From assembly GCA_048128005.1 (NCBI GenBank), contig JBEUKZ010000064.1, positions 434,001-498,000 of the forward strand: 64,000 bases of DNA, in the 5' to 3' direction. The notes below the pieces were generated by a model, which worked only from the letters and a program-made list of their open reading frames with translations, made no database searches and had not been told where the DNA came from. Positions 48,966 through 59,239 of this stretch are shown here, in pieces (position 1 is the stretch's first letter; each line of letters opens with the position of its first letter). Source of the stretch: Veleropilina oligotropha. Lineage: Eukaryota. Position numbers and translations under genes: made by a program.

Positions 48966-50250
48966 GCCAAATGAACGCTAGGCCAACGACAATGCCGCCC
49001 ACGATAAGTGCGGTTTTATCCTCGTCATGTTTGGTTGCCCCAGCTGAAACAGCTGCCACTGGGGCCACAGCCGGCAGAGAGCCACGATGCTTCGGAGTGA
49101 CCGCATCTGCGGGTAAGACGGCGTCTTGTGGGATGACCAATCCTGTTTCTCCAGTCTCCCCAGTGGCGTTGAGCGGCACAGGATTGGCCGCGTTCACCGT
49201 AGTATTAAGACCTAGGGTCTGGGCTTCCGTGGCAACGACGATCTCATTGTTATAACCAGCCACCTGCCCGATCCGAAGGAGCATGTCACTTGGCGCCATG
49301 TAAAGGCCGACGCCGAATACGAAGTCTACTTTAGACCTGGCATACTGCAAAACGTCCTGGTACCGTTGGATCGCAGCAGGGAGGTCAACGGGGGATGCGA
49401 TGGCGTCTTCCACGTTCGCCAGGAACTGTTTCTGTGCGTCAAATGCCGTCCCACTACCCAGAATACTTGCACGCGTTTGAGCCTGCGCTCCAAGAATAGC
49501 CCAGACGTAGGTCCTGATGGAATCATTGAGCCTTTCCACGCCGGCCCTCGTGAATCCCACCGACCTGTCCAGAATAAAAGTAGCCCAACCGTTTTTAAGC
49601 GCAGGCGCTTGCGCGATGTAGTCCACGTGCAGATTCGTGTTGGTCGTACCTTTGGTGAAGGACATTCGGCTTGGATCATACTCACGTCCGATGGGGTGGT
49701 AGCCGTTGTTCGTCCAGTAGCTGTAAGCGGTGCCTAGTCCGCCGTTGGGACCCTTGACACGCCAGTCGGTATGTGGGGACACTCCGAATTCGCTGCAGAT
49801 CTTTTCATATGCCCTTCGGTCATACGGGGTGTCGAATGCATCCCACGTCCGGTCTTGTGGCAGCGGCGCCTGAATCTCGGTCAAGATCCTTCTGACCTGA
49901 TAGTAGACGTGGAAGGTGAATACAGCAGTGGAGAGGGCTGCAGTAGCATTCAAGTGGTCTTCTGAGGAGATCCCGGAACCTGTTGTGGCACACCATACTG
50001 CGAAGTTGACCTTGTTCTGCCAGAACCGCATCGGTGTGCTGTGCCAAGCCCTTATCAGCCCGTCACTAGCGACGTGAGGGAGGCGATACTTTTGAAATAC
50101 GTCGGGGTAGTCTGCCCCGAATGCAGTGGTTGAGCTATTACCCACATTGATGCTTGGTCTCGTAAGCTGCTCATCTTTGATCTTTGCTGGGTACACCACA
50201 CCGGTCGGATAGGCCGCATTCCTATTGAACACAAATGCGCTCTTAGCCAT
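48958..50250 (-). CDS. 430-aa hypothetical protein with C-terminal TM helix (E2, intact)
   Basis: NFAVWCATTGSGIS...; ends LIVGGIVVGLAFIWLT. Confidence 0.8.
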   Translation of the reverse strand: MAKSAFVFNRNAAYPTGVVYPAKIKDEQLTRPSINVGNSSTTAFGADYPDVFQKYRLPHVASDGLIRAWHSTPMRFWQNKVNFAVWCATTGSGISSEDHLNATAALSTAVFTFHVYYQVRRILTEIQAPLPQDRTWDAFDTPYDRRAYEKICSEFGVSPHTDWRVKGPNGGLGTAYSYWTNNGYHPIGREYDPSRMSFTKGTTNTNLHVDYIAQAPALKNGWATFILDRSVGFTRAGVERLNDSIRTYVWAILGAQAQTRASILGSGTAFDAQKQFLANVEDAIASPVDLPAAIQRYQDVLQYARSKVDFVFGVGLYMAPSDMLLRIGQVAGYNNEIVVATEAQTLGLNTTVNAANPVPLNATGETGETGLVIPQDAVLPADAVTPKHRGSLPAVAPVAAVSAGATKHDEDKTALIVGGIVVGLAFIWLT

Positions 50251-50257
50251 AGCTACT

Positions 50258-50998
50258 ATGTTCCACACATTAACAAACGTTCAAGAGGGGACCGCGGTTG
50301 CCCTCCTGGAGCCGATTGATAACCGGGACGGCAAGCTATGTGTCAGCTTGCAGTCGCTCGACTATTGGGTAGGCTGGCACAACGTGCATGCCGGAGCCTT
50401 CTTTAAGACCCCCGATACCACGGTCGACATGGCACCAGGTTTCTACAGCTTCGATGACCTCGCCAAGACGATGAAGAGGTCGCTAGTTAACCTACAACTA
50501 GATGTAAGCCATGCTACAGGGCTCGCCCGAATCGTGGTCCCAGAGGGGACTCGACTCGCGATAAGCGACGATATACGAAAACTCCTCGGCTTAGACCTCT
50601 CTTCATTTATTCTCGATAAAGCAGGGAATCTGAACCAACCGGTTCGGGGAGTACAGGGCCAACCACCTCCCCCTCCGGAGAGATCCGAGTGGCTACGCCC
50701 TGGGACTTATGACGGGAATAAGCCTGTCGGGTTTGCCATAGCGCCAACCCTACACGTTCACCTGGAGCAGCTCAGTACAATGCACAATGTGAAGGACGGC
50801 GCCCCGAGCACTATTCTCGCGGTGGTCCCTATCACGTCGCAGATGTTCGGTGAAGCTGGCCACTATCATAGCTATCCCACCGGCCGGCGACTACAGGCCG
50901 GGCTAATCACAGAGTTGAAGGTGTACGTCACAGACGCAGACAGTAACCCGATCGACAATCACGGCATGCCCATTACCGCAGTCCTTGCGATACAATGA
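50258..50998 (+). CDS. Putative minor capsid (penton-like) protein (E2, intact, 246 aa)
   Basis: C-terminus LHVHLEQL..NVKDGAPSTILAVVP...P..RRLQ..ITELKVYVTD...PIDNHG.PITAVLAI resembles the Polinton penton pattern. Confidence 0.7.
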   Translation: MFHTLTNVQEGTAVALLEPIDNRDGKLCVSLQSLDYWVGWHNVHAGAFFKTPDTTVDMAPGFYSFDDLAKTMKRSLVNLQLDVSHATGLARIVVPEGTRLAISDDIRKLLGLDLSSFILDKAGNLNQPVRGVQGQPPPPPERSEWLRPGTYDGNKPVGFAIAPTLHVHLEQLSTMHNVKDGAPSTILAVVPITSQMFGEAGHYHSYPTGRRLQAGLITELKVYVTDADSNPIDNHGMPITAVLAIQ

Positions 50999-51357
50999 GC
51001 AGCATCTACGGGACCCTCCCCCTACCCCTGCTTGCAGATGAGCCCTCTTCCCCCCCGACCCGGTGGCACTTTGTCCTTAATTGTGGGGTAGCGCCCAATA
51101 ATGGGCTGGCGAGGAGGGAGTTCATGTTTCCAAACACTAGAGGTCGGTTCGGGTTGAACCCAGCCCTTCTAATGATCCACCTGACGCCGGTCCAGCCGGC
51201 CGGGGGCCCCAAAGCATGTTCCATCAGTAAGCTTGGCCTGAATTCGGACTGGTTGACCCTCGCCTTTGCCATCAAGGCCCCGTGGGTCGGCACTCTGTAT
51301 TTGAACGTTACGGCAGACAAGGGGAATCAACCGCCGGAACAATACAGCCACGTATAG
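50995..51357 (+). CDS. 120-aa hypothetical protein (E2)
   Basis: ATGA overlap with the penton stop; homologue present in E1. Confidence 0.65.
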   Translation: MSSIYGTLPLPLLADEPSSPPTRWHFVLNCGVAPNNGLARREFMFPNTRGRFGLNPALLMIHLTPVQPAGGPKACSISKLGLNSDWLTLAFAIKAPWVGTLYLNVTADKGNQPPEQYSHV

Positions 51358-51990
51358 ATGGACAACACACCCTCAGCGCCAATGCTGTACCCACAGCTTG
51401 GTGGCGATGGGATTTCGGAACTGCATGAGGCACAGTCCTTCCGACTACAGAAAGTGAATGAGCTTCAGGGACAATTAGAACGAGAGAGGGACACACGGGC
51501 TGCATTATATAAAAAGTACCGACGAGGTGTTAACGTCGTTGACGGGATAGATAACGGGCTAGTCGTCGCCACACTTGGTATGGGTAGCGCTGAAATTGGT
51601 CTACTTTCCACGATCGTAGCCGCCCCGGTCGTCCTAGTGCTGGAATTAGCGGCATTAGGGTGTGGGCTCGCCAGTATGGGTGGGAAATATATCAGCCGGC
51701 GCCTCGGGGTGAAGGCTAAGAAACACGACGAGATTCGAGTCCTGGCCGACAGCAAGCTGAATACCATAACCGACCACGTCTCAAAGGCCTTATCAGATGG
51801 GGTGATGTCTGATGATGAATTCCAACTGGTCACAGGGGAGATGGAGAAATACCAAGCCATGAAGGCATCAATCCGGGATAAGAGTAGGAAGGCGCACACC
51901 GCGATTTCACAGACCCAAAGCGAGCTTATTGAGCGTGGCCGTAAAGAGGGTCGCGCCGAGCTACTGAAAAAAATCGGGGCTGGCGACTAA
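51358..51990 (+). CDS. Coiled-coil protein with hydrophobic hairpin (candidate membrane-active protein, E2)
   Basis: Orthologue of 18608-19249. Confidence 0.75.
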   Translation: MDNTPSAPMLYPQLGGDGISELHEAQSFRLQKVNELQGQLERERDTRAALYKKYRRGVNVVDGIDNGLVVATLGMGSAEIGLLSTIVAAPVVLVLELAALGCGLASMGGKYISRRLGVKAKKHDEIRVLADSKLNTITDHVSKALSDGVMSDDEFQLVTGEMEKYQAMKASIRDKSRKAHTAISQTQSELIERGRKEGRAELLKKIGAGD

Positions 51991-52072
51991 CCATCCAGGT
52001 TGAGCGTGGGGTGGGTGGGGACCCCCCTCCCCCGTATTAAAGCTAGAACTCGACAGTGATATCTGGACAACC

Positions 52073-52498
52073 ATGAAATCCATGCTACTTCTGTGCATTG
52101 CCGCGGTGTGCTGGCTAGGGGGTGTCTCCACCCACCCCACGCTCAACACTGCATTAATTCTCGAACATACGTGGGCTAGGTACCGAAATCACCCCCGGTA
52201 CAATATAAGGCACGACCCCTTGCGAAGAAACTTGCTACTACGCCTGGGAGACCCCCCTGATGTCGCCCCACCGTCGTGTCACTACTATGTTATCGGAGAG
52301 AATGAGTGTGGGGTGGGGGCTCCCCCCGACCCAAATACTGTGGTCTGCATCGAATGCGCTGAGCCGTCCTTATGCCGTGGTAAACGCGGGCATTACTTCT
52401 CTATGTTATCTACTGGCTGCGGGGGTTCGTGGAGTCAGATAGGACAGCATTCGCCATGCAACTGTACGCTCGCCAGCAGGAATTACATATTTATCTAA
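52073..52498 (+). CDS. Predicted secreted cysteine-rich protein (E2)
   Basis: Signal-peptide-like MKSMLLLCIAAVCWLGGVST and 8 conserved Cys. Confidence 0.75.
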   Translation: MKSMLLLCIAAVCWLGGVSTHPTLNTALILEHTWARYRNHPRYNIRHDPLRRNLLLRLGDPPDVAPPSCHYYVIGENECGVGAPPDPNTVVCIECAEPSLCRGKRGHYFSMLSTGCGGSWSQIGQHSPCNCTLASRNYIFI

Positions 52499-52918
52499 AC
52501 AGCCGGCATGTTAGACGTTGTGTAGTTATACTTGAAAGCAACATGCCGCAGGAAGACATTCCTACGCTGTACGGCGAACGGAGCTCCAGGCGCGTTAAAA
52601 ACCTCTTAAACCGGGGCTATAACGTTTTGATCGTTGTACTCGACGATGGTGAACAAGCGATATATAAGAAGAAGACCAAAGACGGTAGAAAGGGAGTTGT
52701 ACGAAATCAAACGCCGGCGGGCCCTCAGTGATGTCCTGTAGCCTTCGCCGGGCTGCTATTTTGCCATTCTAAAAAGTCCAATCACCCCCCCTGCTACTGC
52801 TCGCATAACTGAGGAGCCCGGGCCGGCGAGGGTAGTGGGCCGTCCCTGGGGGCTCTATATAGTCTACGTTGGGTCGGAAAAGGTGCATTCATCCCTACTC
52901 TAAGCTACCCTAGGCTCG

Positions 52919-52979
52919 GAACGGGTGCTGGGAGCCTTATTTTCCCATTCTAAAAAGTCTACTGACCCCCCCTGCTGCT
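52919..52979 (-). repeat. E2 right TIR (61 bp)
   Basis: Reverse complement of 37280-37340. Confidence 0.93.
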
Positions 52980-54174
52980 AGTAGTAACATTGAAGATATT
53001 TTATTTAAAATTTTACCACAAAATGATACATTTGAACTTAGTAATTTTTGTTCAAGTTTTTGGTTAAAGTTTCTTAATCATGCTATATATGCAACCATAT
53101 GCCATCTTTGACATTACTGCATGTTATACAACACTATTTCAATGTCTTGCAACTGTATTTTAGTGATATTGAAGGATAATTAATTAAAATTTGACCTTAA
53201 AATGTGGTTATTGGTCTTATATAGTTTTTGGTTAAAGTTTCACAATCGTGCTATAAATGCAATCATAGGCAGTATTTTGTTTTATAAGATGTTTTATAAC
53301 ATGATATCAACATAATGTAACCCTATAGTAGTAACATTGAAGATATTTTATTTAAAATTTTACCACAAAATGATACATTTGAACTTAGTAGTTTTTGTTC
53401 AAGTTTTTGGTTAAAGTTTCTCAATCATGCTATATCTGCAAATGCAGGCTTACTTTGACATCAGTGTATATTGGATATGACAATTTCAGTATTGTTTTAT
53501 CCTACAGAGTATTTAATGCTGAATATAATTTATTTAAATTTAAATTTTACAACTTTTTTTGATAAATTTAGCAAGCATCTGATTAAGGTTTCTGAATCTT
53601 GCTATGTATAGAACCATGCATTCATTATCATATACAGTTTAAGAAAATAATATTTTCATTTATTTATGCATTTTTGTTGAGCAAATTTATTTCTTTTGTT
53701 TACTTATATAAATATTATGTGTGTACGATGAAAGGGACATGTGCTTATCTGTAAGACTTGCTCACTGCCAATAGGCACAGTAAGCTGTTAAGCTTAATGG
53801 TCATTCTGTGAAGCTTGTATTATCAAAATCAGATGGATTGAATGGATTTTGATAACTGGCTTCCCTATTGGTTTATTTCATGGGTATCTTGAAATGGCAG
53901 TATATATTACCATTACAAGAACAGACTGTATCCAGTGTCTAATATCACTCTCTTCAACTGATCAGGGTTCAAAATATTGTGTGATATGCACATTAGTTAT
54001 GATCAAGATCAAGCTGTATTCCATGGTTATTTATTTTATACACACCATGAGTTTCATATTTGAAGAATAGGCCTCCTTAGTGTCATTGCTTCATTGTTCC
54101 AGTGAACAACCCAAGCAATGAGTTAACTCTGGTCGCTGGCCAGTGACAAAGGATTTGACAAGTTGCTAGTGCAC

Positions 54175-55550
54175 AAAATTATCGACCTGTTAGTCTAACA
54201 TCAATAGTAGGCAAAATGATGGAATCTATTTTAAAGGATGTTATATTAGACCATTTGAACAAATATAGCTTGTTAAACACCAGTCAGCATGGATTTATGG
54301 AGAAACGATCATGTTTAACAAATCTTCTTGAATTCTTAGAGGATGTTACAAATGCAATAGATCATGGCAAGCCGGTTGATATTATATATCTTGATTTTCA
54401 AAAAGCATTTGATAAGGTTCCACATAAACGACTAATACAAAAACTGAGTAATCATGGTATTAAAGGACCAATATTGACGTGGATAGAAATGTGGTTACAG
54501 AATAGAAAACAGAGAGTTGTTGTAAATGGGGTTAAGTCAAAATGGGAGAGTGTATTAAGTGGAGTCCCTCAAGGCTCGGTCTTGGGTCCATTGCTATTTC
54601 TAATCTACTTGAATGACATTGATGGCGCTATTACATCTCTAGTGAAAACGTTTGCTGACGACACTAAACTTTACAGAATAATATAAACTGAACAAGATGC
54701 AAGGAAACTTCAGACCGATCTAAATAATCTGGTTAAGTGGTCCGATGACTGGCAAATGCTTTTCAATACAACCAAATGTAAGGTAATGCATGTGGGTCAC
54801 AAAAACAAAAAATATTGTTATAAAATGGGAGGAGATGACCTAGAAGTAGTGACAAAAGAGAAAGATTTGGGTGTATGGATTGATAATTCACTGAAACCAT
54901 CAAATCAATGTATCGAAGCAGCTAAAAAGGGAAACCAAATATTAGGAATGATAAAGCGTAATTTTACTTTTAAGTCAAAAGGCATCATAACACGTTTATA
55001 CAAGCAACTGGTTAGACCACATTTAGAATATGCGGTGCAAGCATGGAATCCATACCTCTCAAAGGATATCCAACTATTGGAACAAGTACAAAGGAGAGCC
55101 ACAAAATTGGTAGGTGAAATCAGAGAGTTGACATATGAGGATAGGCGCAGAAGCCTTGATCTTACAACATTAACGTTGCGTAGGATAAGAGGTGACATGA
55201 TTCAAGTATTTAAAATGTTTACAGGAAAAGACAATCTTGATATTAGTTATTTTTTCCAGTTGAACCATAATAAAACAAGGGGGCATAAGTTCCAGATTTA
55301 CAAAAAGAGGGTCAGGCTAGATGTTAGAAAATACTTTTTCTCAAACCGAGTAGTAGATGAGTGGAATGCCCTTCCTGTCAAGGTGGTGGAGTCCACATCA
55401 GTAAATCAATTTAAAAATCGTTCGGATGAGCACTTTAAGAGACAGGGAAGGCTATAGATGACCGAGCTACCAAAATGGGTTTTTATATGAGTTGCAGAAA
55501 TGCACTTTCTAAACCCAAACAAATTCTATTTAAGTCTATTTAAGTCTAAT
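54175..55550 (+). mobile_element. 5'-truncated CR1-type LINE (reverse transcriptase)
   Basis: QHGFMEKRSCLTNLL, YLDFQKAFDKVPH, SGVPQGSVLGP, FADDTKL and RPHLEYA. In-frame stop at 54684; short tandem 3' tail (CTATTTAAGT)n. Confidence 0.9.
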
Positions 55551-56546
55551 GGAAGAATCGACTCTCATATCACACTCTTGAGCATGTTATGGTGGGCAAT
55601 CCTATGTTTTAAGCGGTTACAGCGTGCAATTTACAATAGATTTTCATGATGTGTATAACAGATAATATACTGACACAGTTCGAATTTATCGAAGCCGCGA
55701 GGTAGGAGTGTGCTTTTTTGTTATTACCATGGTTACTTTGCAATTTTACGTATATAATCCAATATTCCCTTCTTTTGAAAATATCTGTATCAATCATATC
55801 GGATCATTGAGCATAGCTCTTTGATTACAAGGCATTTCTCCATACTGAGGCCGATGTAGGAATGATGGGCCTATTGACGGTATTTGGTGTACACAGATTC
55901 GGTGTGTCCGTTTGGTGGTCATTAATTGCCTTCTGAGCAATAATACACGGATATTATTTTGCAAGTGTCGTTTTCTACGCAAAAATGCACAATACAACAA
56001 AGTGTCGCCTCCCCCATTGCTGATGAGAAGTGTGCTTTTTTCGGAACCCCTAATAAATTTGACATCATTTCCAGGATTCCCTAGCGGTTTTGCCGGCGCG
56101 TTTGAAAATAATCGAACACAGCGATTTTTTGGCCGCGCGGGTACCACCCGCGTGGTTACCCACTATATAGGAAATGTACTTGCTTGAAATTGTGCGGTTT
56201 GCCGCCTGCCCCACGTTAATGGAAAAAGGCCCTTAACTCATTGTTTGGGTTGTTAACTGGAACAACGGAGCAACTGTCACTATGAAACTCATGGTGTGTA
56301 TTTAGTATGCCCTTCAAGAGCAAGCTGTATCTCATGGTCAGTGTATGCTTTTGCAATATTCACAATTGCAGCTGATTTAACTGTTGTTAATGTATTTTTA
56401 TCGCTAGAGTTCACATGATTAAGGGATTGCACCGCTTAAGGCCTTCACATATGTGATTATAGCGCTGTTTCATGCGAGCCGTTTCTAGCTTTTGCTCTTG
56501 TTTTCGAACTGCGTGCATGTTTAGCGGCCGGTGGCGAGTGCCTGTG

Positions 56547-58975
56547 GGCAAACTCACCGATTACGACGCATATAAGGAACAGTGCAAGTTGGTGAACCAT
56601 CTGCTCAAGGATGATAAAACTGAATTTTTCTCAAACAAAGTCATTAACTCGAAAGATGATCAAAAGAAGCTCTTTAATGTCACCAATGATGTTACAATGG
56701 AATAAGTCAACACCACTGCCAACTGATTATCAAGAGGAATCACTTTCCACTTTATTTAGCGACTTCTTCGTTGATAAAATAATCAAAATACGAAACACAA
56801 TTTCGTTATCGCAAATGCAATCAACCACCGATGAAATCTATGAACCTTTAGATTCGAAACGTAATGAGGAGGAAGGAATGATGCTTAATGTCCTGTATAT
56901 TTACAACATCGAGGTTCAAGGCAGGACATGTCCGTGTTATCGCAGGAGGAAACCCCGGTCGCCCGGGTAAATCCGCCCTCTTCGGCCAGTCACGGACAAC
57001 TGTGATTCATAACTTGAACAAATAACAATGCCTCAGCCAGGTATTGAACCCACTACTGTTCGCATTAGCGGAATCAAGCCAGTGAATTTAGAGTGGACAC
57101 TCTTACCCACTGCGCTGCCGAAGCGGCCTTAGAAACGTAATGACATTCAACTCTTAACGTTTGAAGAGGCAACGATCATTATGAGGTCATCATCATCTAC
57201 GTGCCGACTCGACCATCTACCATCATGGATGCACAAAGCATGTTCAGATGAATTGTTGCCAATTTTGACGCGGCTTGTCAACATGTCATTATCCAATGCA
57301 GAAGTTCCAGAAAATTTCAAGAGCACATTGGTAAAGCCCTTACTGAAAAAGGCCAATTTGGATCAAAACAATCTGAAAAATTATCGACCGGTTTCTAATC
57401 TAAGTTTTGTTTCAAAACTCGTGGAACGTGTTGTAGCAATTCGATTAAATTCTCACTTGAAAATCACATGCTTTTGGACAAATACCAATCAGCGTATCGC
57501 ATGTTTCACTCCATAGAAACAGCCCTTTTAAAGGTTCAAAAGGACATACTTCAATCTCTACATCAGAAATCAATGGTTGCTCTCGCCTTGCTTGACCCGA
57601 GTGCAGCTTTCGATACAATTGACCACCAAATTCTGTTTAACCGCCTGAACGCCTACTTTGGAATCAAGCAATCAGCGCTTACATGGATCAAGTCATATCT
57701 ACATGAGCGAAAACAAACCGTCTTCATAAACGGCATGAAATGTGACCCTGCCTCTCTCCTTTACGGTGTGCCACAAGGTTCCGTCTTAGGTCCGATTCCG
57801 TTTTCGATGTATGTCAAATATAATCTGTCCTATCATTTCTACGCAGATGACATTCAAATACATGTTGTATTTGATCCCAAAAGCTCCTTCAAGGCAAGCC
57901 TAGACATATTGGAGAGCTGTGTTTCAGAGATCAAACACTGGATGTGCACAAACATGCTGAAACTCAATGATGATAAAACTGAGTTTATTATATTTGGCTC
58001 AAGAAGTAACATCACAAAGGTCCGAGATGTAAACTTACAAGTTGGTGAAACTGAAATAAACTCCAGCGAATTTGTAAGAAATTTGGGTGCTTACTTCGAC
58101 AACACTATGTCGATGGAGAAATTCGTCTTTGATAAAGTTAAATGCTCATTATTCTTTCTAAGAGACATCAGACGCATCCGTCGTTTTTTAACACCAGATG
58201 CAACGAAGCTTCTTGTGCATGCATATGTCATATCTCGCCTTGATTATTCCAACAGTTTACTTTTCGGAATAAATGCAAGCCTCATTAACAAATTGCAGCA
58301 AGTTCAGAATGCCGCAGCCAGGCCGATTTTACTTGCCCAGCCAAGGGACCATGCAACCCCGCTGCTATATACCCTACACTGGCTCCCTGTTGAGAAACGG
58401 ATTATCTTCAAAATTCCTTACATTCGTTTACAATTCTCTTCAAGGAAAAGCGCCTGGATATATTATTGAACTTCTGGCTCAATATCGACCTATTAGAGCA
58501 CTTAGGTCACAGCAATTACAACAGTTGACAAAGAATAGAACAATGAATAAATATGGCGATAGAGCATTTATCAACAAATCCCCAAAACTCTGGAACAAAC
58601 TCCCATCTAAAGTAAAGGAAAGCACATCTCAGACAAGTTTTCGGAACACATTGAAAACACACCTATTTGCTGATGTATATGCCAACCTGATCAAATCTTC
58701 CTAACAATTCAGCGGACATCGTAGTAGTGGAGGACAGTAATGGCTGCTTCACATCTATTTATTGCTATTGCTTATAGCATTCATCATATGTATCATTCAA
58801 AGTTGGTTGAAGTTCATGCTGGTGGCTGCTTCACCTCTTTGTCTGATTGCGCTTGTAAAAATATAATAAAATTGAAAATACTCGACAAAAAAATTAGTTA
58901 TAATTTGTACAGCGCTTAGAGCTACACTAGAATAGGCGCATTATAAAGGTATTAAATAATAATAATAATAATTTA
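56547..58975 (+). mobile_element. L2-like LINE, 3' part (RT); continuation of 34330-35772
   Basis: NYRPVSNLSFVSK, SAAFDTIDH, GVPQGSVLGP, YADDIQ and SRLDYSNSLL. 3' GCGC...GCGC hairpin and (TAA)n tail. Confidence 0.9.
56868..57131 (-). mobile_element. tRNA-derived SINE inserted in the L2 element
   Basis: Reverse complement of the 9793-10060 family; 12-bp TSD GAAACGTAATGA. Confidence 0.85.
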
Positions 58976-59239
58976 TTACATAAGAATACCAGCAAACTTT
59001 CAAATGATGAGTTGCATGGCACGGCGATTACCATAACCAATCAACTTTCAAGTGATAACATGAGAGTTACCTTTGGACCAGTTAAAATTGTTGTTGCATC
59101 CAAACCCAAGCTCCCAGACCATTATGTCATTTTGTGCCACCCCCTCTCTGTATAAATCTCCAACATGAGGACATGCAGTTCGAACCGAGAAGTAAAGAAT
59201 ATGAAACGGCGAGACCATCTCTTTAAAGTATACCAGGTT

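Larger units (their letters stand above)
37280..52979. mobile_element. Endogenous Polinton-like virus element E2 (15.7 kb, nearly intact)
   Basis: Perfect 61-bp TIRs with AG...CT termini and TSD AGTAG (37275-37279 / 52980-52984). Same gene set as E1 in reverse orientation. Confidence 0.93.
36885..53560 (+). repeat. Helentron/HINE-like element with internal tandem repeats (36980-37279 and 52980-53560), interrupted by E2
   Basis: T-run, CTCGCAT...ATGCGAG hairpin and (GTCC)n, then tandem TTTTTGTTCAAGTTTTTGGTTAAAGTTTC units. An intact empty-site unit is at ~53311-53350. Confidence 0.6.
35773..56546. mobile_element. 20.8-kb TIR-bounded insertion (P-element-like ends) containing E2
   Basis: Perfect 46-bp TIRs CACAGGCACTCGCC...TTCGAAAA (35773-35818 / 56501-56546) and 7-bp TSD GGCAAAC. 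Excision restores the LINE frame RRWNKSGKLTDYDAYKEQC. Confidence 0.88.

Noticed and set aside
17373..52979. E1 and E2 as an assembly duplication or a single inverted segmental duplication
   Set aside because: They have different TIRs, TSDs and host targets, strongly divergent integrase and replicase, and scattered substitutions in shared genes.
55608..56440. TTAA-flanked element with GCGGT...ACCGC ends
   Set aside because: The inverted match is too short to distinguish from chance.
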